Shown: positions 37,647-47,521, numbered from the stretch's first letter. The stretch is 64,000 nucleotides of DNA from Thermoplasmata archaeon (GCA_041489255.1 JBGPQV010000011.1:3528-67527), one strand, 5' to 3'. The notes: a model not told the origin generated them from the letters alone. Program-made: numbers and translations.

Positions 37647-40600
37647 ATGATGAAGGAATGCATTGGTGGTTTGATTGCGCTGTTGCTTCTCTCCGTGTCC
37701 TTCTCGCCTGGCTTGCCGAATCTTACCTCGCTGCCGCAGCCAATCGTCAAGGACATAGACCTGCACTATGCACCTCCAACGTTGACGACTGATCCGCCTG
37801 GTAATCCCTACTTCAGGGACTCCGTCACGTTGCGTGCAACGCTTTCACTGGAGGCGAAGCAGACCTGGACGAAATATGGTGTGGTTCTTGACAAGGGTGC
37901 GCCCGGCGATAATGATAGCAGGGAGGTAAGCACGCCTTCGCTGCTGTACGACCAGGGCATCTACAAGATGTGGTATTCAGGCAACGATGGCGGTGAAGGA
38001 TCCTGGATACTCTACGCCACATCGCCAGACGGGATCTCATGGACCAGGCACGGCACCGTACTAGGTCCTGGGGGTGCTGGCGAAGATCGCAAATTGGTGT
38101 ACCAATTCGTCATGAAGGACGGCGCGATGTTCAAGATGTGGTACAGCGGCTTCGATGGCAGCAACTACAGAATATTCCACGCAACATCGCCTGACGGGAT
38201 TGCATGGACGAAGAAAGGGCTGGTTCTGGACCTTGGCCCTGCTGGGTCACAGGAAGACTTCTATGTCTACGATCCTTACATTCTGAAGGAAGGTAGCACT
38301 TACAGGATGTGGTACACGGGAAGAGACGTGAACCACTGCAGGATTTTCTACACCGAATCATCTGATGGTGTGAACTGGGGGCAACGCAGCGTCTCCCTGA
38401 ATCTGGGGAGCCCTGGCTCGGAAGACGACGCGCACGTCCAGAGTCCATCCATCCTCCGTGAAGGCGGCGGGTACCACATGTGGTACGCCGGGCAGCACGT
38501 CGGGGTAGACCGCATTTTCTACGCGGTGTCCATCGACGGCAAGACATGGACCGGAATGGGCAAAGTGCTGGACGTTGGGCCTGCGGGCGGGACGGAGGAC
38601 ATGAATGTGAATTTCCAGGACGTCCTGCACTTAACCAGCAAACCCAGCCAAATGTGGTATGCGGGCAGAGGTGGATTCGGGAACCTGAAGATACACTACG
38701 CAACTCTTGTACCATACCCGCTTCCCACCAATGTCACCGTGGGATTCTACCTCGACACGGTGGTCCCGAGCTCATTGATTGGGCTAGATACTGTCACTCT
38801 AGACTACTACTCGTCCGCGCAGGCGGAAGTGCAATGGAAAGCTGGACCCCGCGGGACGCACACGATATGCGCGGTGATCGATCCGTACAATAGCATCACT
38901 GAGATGAACGAAACGAACAACATGGCCTGCATCAATCGGGTTGTTCTGAACCATCCGCCAATCGCCGAGGCTGACGGCCCTTACTCCGCGTTCGAAGGGG
39001 GGCAGGTCATCCTTGATGGAAGCGGATCATACGACATCGACAACGACACCCTGCTGTATCGATGGGACTTCACGAACGACGGAGTCATGGACACACCCTG
39101 GCGCTCTAATCCGAAGTATCCTCACGTCTACGGGGACGATTTCGTCGGTCAGGTCGCTCTGTACGTGAACGACAGCTTCGATGTCAGCATGGACACAGCG
39201 AACGTGACTATCTCGAACGTTCTGCCCTCGGGCACGGTCACAATCACATCCGCACAGCACGAAGGCAGTCCGATAGCGTTCTCTGCTCACGTGACTGACC
39301 CGGGCAGCGACGACATCTTCTTCACGTGGCACTGGGGATTCGGAGCACCAGACGATCACTCCACCTACTACAACAACGGAGTCAGCCCTGACCCGTACCC
39401 GAGCACGGACGTCAACCCGAGGGACGTCACCGACGTTAAGAGTCACATCTACGGCGATAATGGAGCTTTCACTGTCACCGTCTTTATTCAGGACGACGAC
39501 AGCGGGAGCCAGGGTACGACACTCACCATCACCGCCACTCCTGACAACCTCCCGCCATCGATCTCAGTCTCCGGCGGTATGAACATCAACGAAGGCCAGT
39601 CAGTCTCCCTGACCGCCACCGCCACCGATCCTGGAAGCGACGACCTGAAGTTCGACTGGTCCTGGGGAGAGGGTTCGTCGGACTCAAAGACCTACTACAA
39701 CGACGGTGTCGGACCGGACCCGCCAGACAGCCCTGGCGGCACGTTCCCGTTCACAGCCACGGACACGAGGACCCATCCCTACGGCGACAATGGACTGTAC
39801 ACGCTCACATTGGCGGTGAATGACGACGATGGCGGTTCGACGACATGGTCCGGTCAGGTCGCGGTTGCCAACCTCCCGCCGACGATCATTCCGTTCGGAC
39901 CATTCGCAGTCGACGAGGGCAGTCCATTGGCGGCGAACACGACCGCCAACGACCCGGGGAGCGACGACTTGACTTTTGAGTGGTCTTTCGAGCTCGGTCC
40001 GGTCATGGTGAACATCCACTTTAACGACGGAGTCGGTCCAGACCCGCCACAGAGCCCGGACGGGACATATCCGTTCACGGCTCTCGACGGCGTCGAGCAC
40101 ACTTACGGGGATAACGCTGTCTTCACGATCACGCTGACTGTGACCGACGACGATGGCGGTTCCGCCACCTACACGACCAATATCACCGTCTCCAACCTCC
40201 CGCCATCGATCGCACCGTTCGGCCCCTTTGAACTGAACGAGGCTGATCCGCTCACGGTCGCTGCGAACGCCGTTGATCCGGGCAGCGACGACCTGACGTT
40301 CACCTGGAGCTTTGAGTATGGTCCGACAATCCCGCACATCTTCTACAACGATGGGGTCGGACCGGATCCTCCGAAGAGCCCCGACGGGGTCTTCCCCTTC
40401 AGCATCGACGATTCCGCCTCTCAAACATACGGAGACAACGGGGTCTTCAGAATCGCGCTGACCGCCGAGGACGACGACGGCGGCATCGCCGCGTACGAGA
40501 CCGTGGTCACCGTGCACAACGTCCCGCCGACGATTGTCGAGGCGAATGTGTTCATGCTCGCAGACATCTCGATAAGAGTGGCGGGGGAGAAGTGGCATGA

Positions 40601-41186
40601 CGTCATCCTCAAGCTCTACGAGGACGGACGGGAGGTCGGCTGGGCGCAGGTCATCAGGTACCCCGGCAGCCCGAACGGCCAGATGGCCACCCTACACGAC
40701 GTCGAGATAACGCTCGACAGGACCTTCTCCGCGGTCGCGTACTACACGCCCGACGACGATCCGATCAACGGGCAGCCCAACGGGGCGAACCCCGCCTGGC
40801 TCATCATCAGCTGGGAGAGCGGCATGGAGACGAAGCTGCACCACACCTTCAACGTCCAGCACCCTGACACATGGGTCTGGACTGTGGACAACCTCTACAT
40901 CTACGCGGTCAACCAGAGGATACACTTCAGGGCGACCGCAACGGATCCCGGGAGCGACGACCTGACGTTCACCTGGGACACCGGTGACGGGAGGACAATG
41001 ACTGGCGTTTACTACAACAACGGGGTCAGCCCGGATCCGTACCCGAGCCCCGAGGTGAAGCCGATCATCGCCACCGACGAGCAGGTCGTGGTCTATGCCA
41101 TCACAGGAACGTACACGATTGCCGTGACGGTCACGGATGATGATGGAGGAATGGCGTCCATCTCATTCACAATCTCAGTGGGCTAG
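37647..41186 (+). CDS. Giant surface protein 2: signal peptide, the same beta-propeller-like module, and about 7 PKD/cadherin-like repeats with no TM
   Basis: The start is MMKECIGGLIALLLLSVSFS (ATG ATG at 37647, 5 nt after GGGAGG). It has the same YKMWY/RIFYATSPDG repeat module as protein 1. Then come about 7 repeats of roughly 100 aa (PGSDDL.F.WS.G...YYNDGVGPDPP.SP.G.FPF...YGDNG.[FY]T[IL]TL.V.DDDGG). Confidence 0.7.
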   Translation: MMKECIGGLIALLLLSVSFSPGLPNLTSLPQPIVKDIDLHYAPPTLTTDPPGNPYFRDSVTLRATLSLEAKQTWTKYGVVLDKGAPGDNDSREVSTPSLLYDQGIYKMWYSGNDGGEGSWILYATSPDGISWTRHGTVLGPGGAGEDRKLVYQFVMKDGAMFKMWYSGFDGSNYRIFHATSPDGIAWTKKGLVLDLGPAGSQEDFYVYDPYILKEGSTYRMWYTGRDVNHCRIFYTESSDGVNWGQRSVSLNLGSPGSEDDAHVQSPSILREGGGYHMWYAGQHVGVDRIFYAVSIDGKTWTGMGKVLDVGPAGGTEDMNVNFQDVLHLTSKPSQMWYAGRGGFGNLKIHYATLVPYPLPTNVTVGFYLDTVVPSSLIGLDTVTLDYYSSAQAEVQWKAGPRGTHTICAVIDPYNSITEMNETNNMACINRVVLNHPPIAEADGPYSAFEGGQVILDGSGSYDIDNDTLLYRWDFTNDGVMDTPWRSNPKYPHVYGDDFVGQVALYVNDSFDVSMDTANVTISNVLPSGTVTITSAQHEGSPIAFSAHVTDPGSDDIFFTWHWGFGAPDDHSTYYNNGVSPDPYPSTDVNPRDVTDVKSHIYGDNGAFTVTVFIQDDDSGSQGTTLTITATPDNLPPSISVSGGMNINEGQSVSLTATATDPGSDDLKFDWSWGEGSSDSKTYYNDGVGPDPPDSPGGTFPFTATDTRTHPYGDNGLYTLTLAVNDDDGGSTTWSGQVAVANLPPTIIPFGPFAVDEGSPLAANTTANDPGSDDLTFEWSFELGPVMVNIHFNDGVGPDPPQSPDGTYPFTALDGVEHTYGDNAVFTITLTVTDDDGGSATYTTNITVSNLPPSIAPFGPFELNEADPLTVAANAVDPGSDDLTFTWSFEYGPTIPHIFYNDGVGPDPPKSPDGVFPFSIDDSASQTYGDNGVFRIALTAEDDDGGIAAYETVVTVHNVPPTIVEANVFMLADISIRVAGEKWHDVILKLYEDGREVGWAQVIRYPGSPNGQMATLHDVEITLDRTFSAVAYYTPDDDPINGQPNGANPAWLIISWESGMETKLHHTFNVQHPDTWVWTVDNLYIYAVNQRIHFRATATDPGSDDLTFTWDTGDGRTMTGVYYNNGVSPDPYPSPEVKPIIATDEQVVVYAITGTYTIAVTVTDDDGGMASISFTISVG

Positions 41187-41269
41187 CCACGTCGGCCGCG
41201 TCATGATGCCTTACGCTACGCACCTTTCTGCCAGAATCGGGCATGCCCCAAACATGCAAGGGCGACGCC

Positions 41270-41277
41270 CTTATATC
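41270..41277 (+). promoter_or_regulatory. TATA-like box CTTATATC about 37 nt upstream of the 41311 start, with a GGAGGAGG Shine-Dalgarno
   Basis: The spacing matches the boxes upstream of paralogs 1 and 2. Confidence 0.35.
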
Positions 41278-41310
41278 GGGAATCGGGAATATCCTCACGC
41301 GGAGGAGGCA

Positions 41311-44300
41311 ATGTTCAAGGAAGGTCGGCGTCTGATATCTGTGTCATTCATTCTTGCCACGTTGCTAGTTTCAACTGTTGCTGTCACAGCAATCGAGCCA
41401 GAGCCGATAGTGAGCCTCGCTGACCTGCACTTCGCCGCCCCGGGTCTCGAACTGCTGCCCGCAGGGAGCCCGGTCGAGGGCGACACGGTACGGATCGTGG
41501 GTCACGTCCAAGCGAGCGGAACGCAGGCCTGGACGAAGGCGGGTGTGGTGCTGGACAGAGGTTCTCCTGGCGAACCCGACAGTCACGAGCTCGGCGCCCC
41601 TTCGGTGATCTACGATGGCGGCGAGCATAAGATGTGGTATGCAGGGACCACAGGCAGCATGACCGGGTCGATACTGTATGCTACTTCGCCCGATGGGGCG
41701 TCCTGGACGAAGCACGGAGCTGTGCTCGCCCCAGGTTCTTCTCCTGAAAACGTCAATGTCCACTATCCTTGCGTGATGAAAGATGGCGTGACGTACAAGA
41801 TGTGGTACAGCGGATTCGACGGCTCTCACTACAGGATATTCTACGCGACCTCGGCCGACGGGCTGACCTGGAGCCGTCAGGGACTCGTCCTCAACCTTGG
41901 GCCTCCTGGTTCCTACGACGACAATTTCGCGTACGGACCCTTCGTGCTCAAGGAAGGAAGCGCCTACAGAATGTGGTATTCTGGGAGTGACGGTGCCAAT
42001 GTCCGCCTCCTCTATGCCACATCTCCCGATGGACGGGGCTGGACGAAGCAGGGCGTCAACCTGAACCTCGGTCCTCCAGGCTCACTCGAGAACGTGCACG
42101 TCTCGCCGAGCTACATCCTCGTGGAGGGCGGCGGATACCACATGTGGTACCGGGGAAGCGATGGCACCAACGACAGGATATTCTACGCGACTTCATCTGA
42201 TGGTCTCTCTTGGAGGCGGCGGGGAGTGGTTGTCGATGTCGGGCCGCCCGGCAGCACCGACGCTGTTCACATTCTGCTCCAATCCGTCCTCCACCTGCCA
42301 GGCATGCCCTACCAGATTTGGTACACAGGCCGAGGTCAGTCCACCATGTACGATAGGATTCACTACGCCTACATGACGTCGGTGCCGATGCCCGTGTCCG
42401 CCGAGGTCGAGTTTTACCTGGACGCAATCTCGCCCGGGAACAGCATGGGAGTGACCATAGCTCAGATCGGGATACTGCACGACTCCACGGCTACGCTGAA
42501 CTGGATTGCGGGACCACCCGGCTGGCACACGATATACGCGGTCATAGATCCGCTCGGCGGTATTCCCGAGACGGACGAGGGCAACAACACCGCCAGCGTC
42601 GATGTCTTCGTCAGGGCGCCCTTGCCGGACTATATACCGGCACAGCCTCGGCCCGTGTCGCCAGTGAAGACCGGGCTGACCCTGCCGCTCCAGCTGTCTC
42701 TCCAGGTCGCGAACATCGGCGGCGTAAACGTGACAGCCGACGCCACACTCGCGATCTGCGACGAGTCAGGGACTCCATTCGCCTCCTTCACGATTCCGTC
42801 CTTGGACTCGGGCAAGGTCTCGGCGCGGTTCACCGCCGCGTGGACATCTCCCGCAGTCCCCGGGACTCATCTTGTGTCCGCGGACGTGGACTACTACGAC
42901 AACGTTGCCGAGTGGGACGAGACGAACAATGTGTACACGTGGACGATTGATGTGGTGGCTGGTCCGGTCACCTCGCTGTCCGTTGGAAGTCCAAGCCACG
43001 TCTCTCCCGCCTTGGTGATGTACGTCAAGTCCTCCACCCCCCTCGACCTCTCCGTCCTCGACCAGGGCGGGTCTGGCATCAACCACACATGGTACAGGAC
43101 AGACAATCTCACTTGGATAGACTACTCCGCTCCGTTCTTCCTCTCCGGGGAGGGAGACCACTATGTCGAGTGGTACTCCGAGGATAACGTCGGGAACGTC
43201 GAGAATGTCTCGCGGCGGGTGCTGAGGGTCGACGACACTCCTCCCGCCACGGCCCTCTCAATAGGCGAGCCCAAGTACACGCTCGGCGGGAACTTCGTCA
43301 CGTCCTTCACTCCTCTCGCGCTTCATGCCGACGACGGCGGCGTCATGCCCGTCGGGACCGACTACACGGAGTACAGGGTGGAAGGCGGGAACTGGAACAC
43401 GTACTCGTCGCCGCTCTTCCTGACGACAGAGGGAATTCACACACTGGAGTTCCACTCCTACGATCTGCTCGCCAACCCTGAGCCCGTCCACTCGATCCAG
43501 GTAGTCGTGGACGACACGCCGCCGACGACGATGGTCGGCGTGGGAGAGCCGGAGTACCAGGCGGCTGACCTCTACGTCACCTCGTCGACCGGCATCAACC
43601 TGACATCAACGGACGGCGGCGCCATCCCGGTCGGGCTCGGCAGGACAGAGTACCGGGTGGATGGTGGTGGGTGGTTCATCTACGCTCACGACATCACGCT
43701 CTCCGGAGCGGACGGCCCTCGCACGATCCAATACAGGTCCGTGGACCTGCTCGGGAACATCGAGATCGTCAGGAGCATTCGCGTCGTCCTGGACAATACG
43801 CCTCCGACAACGACAATCTCCCCTGCAGCCGGGCCGTTCGCAGCGGACATGTGGTTCAACCTCACCACCACGGATTCCGGCTGCGGCGTCGCGGCCATGG
43901 AGTACAAGATAGACTCAGAGCAGTGGAGATTCTATGAAGGCAATTTCACGGTGCAAACCGGACTCCATACGATCTGGTTCAAATCCACGGACAACCTTGG
44001 CAACAGGGAGACGCCGAAGAGCCTCGAGGTGGATATTGAGGCTGAACGCCCGCCGGACATCGCAGTGGGCACGAACTACAAGCCCATGGTCGCGACCGTG
44101 TTCACAGTCGCCCTCCTGGTTGCGGGATTCTGGTCATCGAGGGGGAGACCTTGGAAGAACCGAAAGGACAGGGTGGCAATGCTCCAAGCATTCTGTGCCT
44201 ATTCTCTGCCATTCGCGACGGCCGAGACCGTGACCGGGCTGCTGTCTCTGGCGACCGGGGTCCTCTCAATCCCACCCGTGCTCGGACTCGGAACCGCGGT

Positions 44301-44403
44301 GGACGTGAGCATCCTGTCGATTGGATTTGCCGTGGCCATGCTAAACGTGGCTGGTAGGAAGCAGAAGGGGCCTCCCCCGGGGTCGCAGGACAGCATTGGT
44401 TAG
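41311..44403 (+). CDS. Giant surface protein 3: signal peptide, the same beta-propeller-like module, CARDB-like domains, tandem Ig-like repeats, and a C-terminal multi-TM anchor
   Basis: The start is MFKEGRRLISVSFILATLLVSTVAVTA at 41311. It carries the same repeat module (EHKMWYAGTTG...RIFYATSADGLTWS...). CARDB-like segments are present (IPETDEGNNTASVDVFV and DNVAEWDETNNVYTWTIDV). About 6 repeats of roughly 80 aa follow (Y.[TS]S.T...L...D.GG....G...TEYRV[DE]GG.W..Y..P..L..EG.HT.E..S.D.L.N.E.V.S..V.VD.TPP). The C-terminus has 2-3 TM helices. Confidence 0.7.
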   Translation: MFKEGRRLISVSFILATLLVSTVAVTAIEPEPIVSLADLHFAAPGLELLPAGSPVEGDTVRIVGHVQASGTQAWTKAGVVLDRGSPGEPDSHELGAPSVIYDGGEHKMWYAGTTGSMTGSILYATSPDGASWTKHGAVLAPGSSPENVNVHYPCVMKDGVTYKMWYSGFDGSHYRIFYATSADGLTWSRQGLVLNLGPPGSYDDNFAYGPFVLKEGSAYRMWYSGSDGANVRLLYATSPDGRGWTKQGVNLNLGPPGSLENVHVSPSYILVEGGGYHMWYRGSDGTNDRIFYATSSDGLSWRRRGVVVDVGPPGSTDAVHILLQSVLHLPGMPYQIWYTGRGQSTMYDRIHYAYMTSVPMPVSAEVEFYLDAISPGNSMGVTIAQIGILHDSTATLNWIAGPPGWHTIYAVIDPLGGIPETDEGNNTASVDVFVRAPLPDYIPAQPRPVSPVKTGLTLPLQLSLQVANIGGVNVTADATLAICDESGTPFASFTIPSLDSGKVSARFTAAWTSPAVPGTHLVSADVDYYDNVAEWDETNNVYTWTIDVVAGPVTSLSVGSPSHVSPALVMYVKSSTPLDLSVLDQGGSGINHTWYRTDNLTWIDYSAPFFLSGEGDHYVEWYSEDNVGNVENVSRRVLRVDDTPPATALSIGEPKYTLGGNFVTSFTPLALHADDGGVMPVGTDYTEYRVEGGNWNTYSSPLFLTTEGIHTLEFHSYDLLANPEPVHSIQVVVDDTPPTTMVGVGEPEYQAADLYVTSSTGINLTSTDGGAIPVGLGRTEYRVDGGGWFIYAHDITLSGADGPRTIQYRSVDLLGNIEIVRSIRVVLDNTPPTTTISPAAGPFAADMWFNLTTTDSGCGVAAMEYKIDSEQWRFYEGNFTVQTGLHTIWFKSTDNLGNRETPKSLEVDIEAERPPDIAVGTNYKPMVATVFTVALLVAGFWSSRGRPWKNRKDRVAMLQAFCAYSLPFATAETVTGLLSLATGVLSIPPVLGLGTAVDVSILSIGFAVAMLNVAGRKQKGPPPGSQDSIG

Positions 44404-44761
44404 ATGTTGGATGCGACTGCCGGACGATAGCTGGAAACATACCCGGGACGCTGTCCTATCAGCCAGCGCCTGACGTTGCGGCTAGGGGGCAAGAGGAACA
44501 GGATTCATCTGAAGAACGAAGCACCGGCAGGTCGACCGCGCCTGCGAAGCTTGACCGGGCTGCCGGTGTGCACCACATGAGGGGTTTCGAGTTGACGCGG
44601 ACTTCCCGCGATGCAGCAATCGCCTTGGACGATTCTTCAACACGATCCGTGACTGAATCAGCGGGTATCTGGATGGACTGCTGGTCTCGCGACGGTAACC
44701 CCGGGGGAGGCGATGACAGAAACACCTGAGAGTCAAGAGGAGGAAAAAGCATGAAGAGAAA

Positions 44762-44877
44762 TTCCCCGTCACCGAAAAACCGCCTCGACTCCGCCTCGTT
44801 CAGCAGGTGCTGCCCCAGGAGTCCGCTCGCCCCGATGATGAGAAACTCGGTCATGCGCGATGTCGCCCCGGGATCAG
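44762..44877 (-). pseudogene. 5' fragment (about 115 bp) of an rmlD-like NAD-dependent epimerase/reductase gene, a paralogous remnant of 46646..47521
   Basis: The DNA is nearly identical to 47410-47525. It encodes MTEFLIIGASGLLGQHLLNEAESRR against MTEVLIIGASGLLGQHLLNEAEARR, with a frameshift and loss of similarity beyond. It lies directly next to the IS. Confidence 0.6.
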
Positions 44878-44954
44878 ACCGACCTTCATTCTCCTGATGG
44901 TTGTCGGGTGCACGACAACCCACTTCCTTGATTGTTCCCTTCCCGCAGGATCGC

Positions 44955-45987
44955 TGTACAATCCTGTAATTAGTTTCCTGGAGGCGAAGGGAGTCATGCT
45001 GTCCGCTCCTTTAGTCTTTTCAGGTAGGCTTTCCTATCCTTAGGACGCAGCTTCCTCACGAACGCGTGCGCAGGCGTCTCGGCGTGCTCGAAGTCCAGCG
45101 ACTCGTGGGGCTTCACCTCGTTGTACCATCTCATGATTTCGTCCAGGCTACGGAACTCCTTCTTCCCGTCCGGCCACCTGGCGCGCAGCTTCGACTTGAT
45201 AGTCCCGAAGAGTCTCTCCACCTTCCCGCCGGTCTGAGGATGCTTGACCCTGGAGCGGATGTGCTGCACCTCTATCCCCCGCTCTTCCTCCAGCTCCCTC
45301 AGCTTCGCGTCGAAGTAGCCCTCGGCTTCATACTGAATCTTGGTGAATTGAGATCCGTGGTCTGTCAGGATCTGGCGGGGGAAGCCGTACCTCTCTCCCG
45401 CCGTCAGGAACGTCTGCCAGGCCATCTGTGCAGACGCACTCCTCGTCCTGGCGTAGCCCATGATCAGGCGGGAGGCGTCGTCCAGGATGACGAGCAGCCA
45501 GTCCCCCGGCCTCAGCAGGGTGTAGTCCATCTGCCATAGGGAGTTGGAGAAACGTCTCTCGAACCTGACCCACGACCTCCTCCTCTGCCTGGCGGGGGGG
45601 TCCTTCACGCGACCCGCCTCCTTGAGCACCACATAAAGGCGGTTGTGCGGTATGTGGCGGTTGTACGCCTCCATGATCTTGCGCTCCAGGGCGACTGGGT
45701 GGAGGTGAAACTCCCTCTCGCACTCGAGTATGAAGGCGATCTCCTCATCTGGCAGCTCCCTCCTCGGTCGACCGGCTTCCTTGAGCACCGGGATCTCTCT
45801 GCCGTATCCCGACCTCCTCCACAGCTCCCTCGCCCACTGAGGAGTGATGTTCCACTTCTTGGCGATCGAGTACACAGACTTGACCCCGCCTTCCATTGCG
45901 TCTATGATTCGTGCAACCTGCCCCCGCGTCAGCTTAGGCATGGGGGGTATTGCGGTCTCTCCAAGAAAGTGATTATGGGATTTGACA
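44955..45987 (-). mobile_element. IS481-family-like insertion sequence, 1033 bp, carrying a DDE (rve integrase-core) transposase
   Basis: The termini are 5'-TGT...ACA-3'. The imperfect terminal inverted repeats match at about 22 of 30 positions (TGTACAATCCTGTAATTAG... against the reverse complement of ...GTGATTATGGGATTTGACA). The element is flanked by the 16-bp direct repeat CTTCCCGCAGGATCGC (44939..44954 and 45988..46003), which is a candidate target-site duplication. Confidence 0.7.
44994..45941 (-). CDS. DDE transposase (integrase core domain, IS481-like)
   Basis: The 316-aa protein starts at MPKLTRGQVARII with an N-terminal HTH. The DDE triad lies in WQMDYT, ILTDHGSQF and KVERLFGTIK. The ORF-track N-terminal extension is spurious. 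Confidence 0.75.
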   Translation of the reverse strand: MPKLTRGQVARIIDAMEGGVKSVYSIAKKWNITPQWARELWRRSGYGREIPVLKEAGRPRRELPDEEIAFILECEREFHLHPVALERKIMEAYNRHIPHNRLYVVLKEAGRVKDPPARQRRRSWVRFERRFSNSLWQMDYTLLRPGDWLLVILDDASRLIMGYARTRSASAQMAWQTFLTAGERYGFPRQILTDHGSQFTKIQYEAEGYFDAKLRELEEERGIEVQHIRSRVKHPQTGGKVERLFGTIKSKLRARWPDGKKEFRSLDEIMRWYNEVKPHESLDFEHAETPAHAFVRKLRPKDRKAYLKRLKERTA

Positions 45988-46048
45988 CTTCCCGCAGGAT
46001 CGCCGCGCTCCGATCTGCTTGAGGCGCTATCGCAGTATGACGTTCCTG

Positions 46049-46543
46049 CTAGTCCATGACCCACTTTTCCAGGCCCTCGACGGTCTTCCTGAGGTCAGGC
46101 CGTTCCGCAAGGGACTTGGCGATCCACTTCTCCATGAACTCTATGTCTTTCTGGATTGCGCTGTCCGTCTTTGCGAGTTCCTTCATGATTGACACGCTGG
46201 TGCGCTTCCACTGCACGATTTCCTTCGGCTGCATCCGTTCAACCGAGTACGGGTTGCGCTCGACCGCAACGTCGGTCTGCTCTCTCCAGAGCTTCAGGTA
46301 TCTGTCGTAGATGAACCCCATGAGCAGTATCGCGGCAACAATGATGAAGAACAGATATATCGTTCCGATGAGATTGTTCGTCTGGTTGTCCACTTCTGAA
46401 ACAAGTCCCAATCTGATGAAGAAGGCCCTGAAATAGTTGTAGTAGAAGACTCCGGCGAGAGTCAGCGCCCAGAACACCAGGCTTATCAGGACTTGACTCT
46501 GCTGTATCCGCCATATCTGGACCATCAGGTATTTCTTGACCAA
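46049..46543 (-). CDS. Small two-TM membrane protein (paralog B)
   Basis: The 164-aa protein MVKKYLMVQIWRIQQSQVLISLVFWALTLAGVFYYNYF... has two N-terminal TM helices and a conserved C-terminal soluble region (DVAVERNPYSVER...FMEKWIAKSLA). It is a paralog of 30594..31046. Confidence 0.6.
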   Translation of the reverse strand: MVKKYLMVQIWRIQQSQVLISLVFWALTLAGVFYYNYFRAFFIRLGLVSEVDNQTNNLIGTIYLFFIIVAAILLMGFIYDRYLKLWREQTDVAVERNPYSVERMQPKEIVQWKRTSVSIMKELAKTDSAIQKDIEFMEKWIAKSLAERPDLRKTVEGLEKWVMD

Positions 46544-46645
46544 GTAGACCGCCTCGCCCCCGCGAAGATGAAGCGGGATATTAGTATGTGTCGTCCGCGA
46601 GCGGATATGAGTCGGCGCGAATTAAGCGTCTGCATGCTCCATTGA

Positions 46646-47521
46646 CTAGTGTCTGATCCTCATTTCCTCCAGACAGCTCTCGAAGCTGTTCATTGAGACG
46701 CCAAGCTTGGCCTCGATCTTCGTCGTTGATAAACATAGTTTGCGCGGGAGCAAGGCACCGAGCCCCGTATCCCCAAGGGTTGTTGGTTCCAGCCTTTCTT
46801 CGTCCAAGCCGAAGGCCTCGCAGACTCGCTTCCCCATTTCAAATCTGTTCAGTCGAGAACTGGTCGCGATGTGGAATATCCCTGATTCATCATTCCGCAG
46901 CAGATCGAATACATGTTCCGCGACCTTGGGCGCATACGACGGGGTTGCCCACTGATCAACCGGCAGGTCCACCTCCTGACCGCACCTGATTTTGTGCACG
47001 ATTGATGTGACCTCGTTCTCCCTCGGCCTCAGCCTGTTCCATCCGAAGTCCTCGCACGTCCTGATTGCAAGCGAGTCGGGGAGAGTCTCCATGACGCTGT
47101 TCTCCCCTTCTAGCCTGGTCCTTCCAAGGATATTAACCGGGTTCGCCTTTGAATCCTCTGCGTAAGGACCTGATTCGCAATTGAACACATGGACCGTGGA
47201 GAATAACGCCATCTTCGCGCCAATCGACCTGCAGACCTTCGCGATAACAAGAGGCGCCTCGGAGTTCACCTGCATCGCTCTCATGGGGTTGGATTCGCAC
47301 TCCGCTATCGAGGTCATCGCGGCGGGCAAGATGACGATGTCTGGTCTCCTTTCTGAAATCATGGTCTTCACTGCTTCGAAATCAGTCAAATCCAGTCTCT
47401 CCAGTCCCGCCACTTCCTCCGAGTAATATGTCCCTGTCACCGAATACCGCCTCGCCTCCGCCTCGTTCAGAAGGTGCTGCCCCAGGAGCCCACTCGCCCC
47501 GATGATGAGAACCTCGGTCAT
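46646..47521 (-). CDS. NAD-dependent epimerase/dehydratase family protein (dTDP-4-dehydrorhamnose reductase RmlD-like)
   Basis: Starts at MTEVLIIGASGLLGQHLL (GxxGxxG). It has an RmlD-like length of 292 aa and a YxxxK-containing region. The ORF-track extension to 47635 is spurious. Confidence 0.65.
   Translation of the reverse strand: MTEVLIIGASGLLGQHLLNEAEARRYSVTGTYYSEEVAGLERLDLTDFEAVKTMISERRPDIVILPAAMTSIAECESNPMRAMQVNSEAPLVIAKVCRSIGAKMALFSTVHVFNCESGPYAEDSKANPVNILGRTRLEGENSVMETLPDSLAIRTCEDFGWNRLRPRENEVTSIVHKIRCGQEVDLPVDQWATPSYAPKVAEHVFDLLRNDESGIFHIATSSRLNRFEMGKRVCEAFGLDEERLEPTTLGDTGLGALLPRKLCLSTTKIEAKLGVSMNSFESCLEEMRIRH

Noticed and set aside
44459-44761. The remainder of the 154-aa ORF downstream of the rmlD-like fragment
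   Set aside because: It is a low-complexity Ser/Pro-rich translation with no similarity to the intact gene. It was read-through created by the frameshift and is not a functional CDS.
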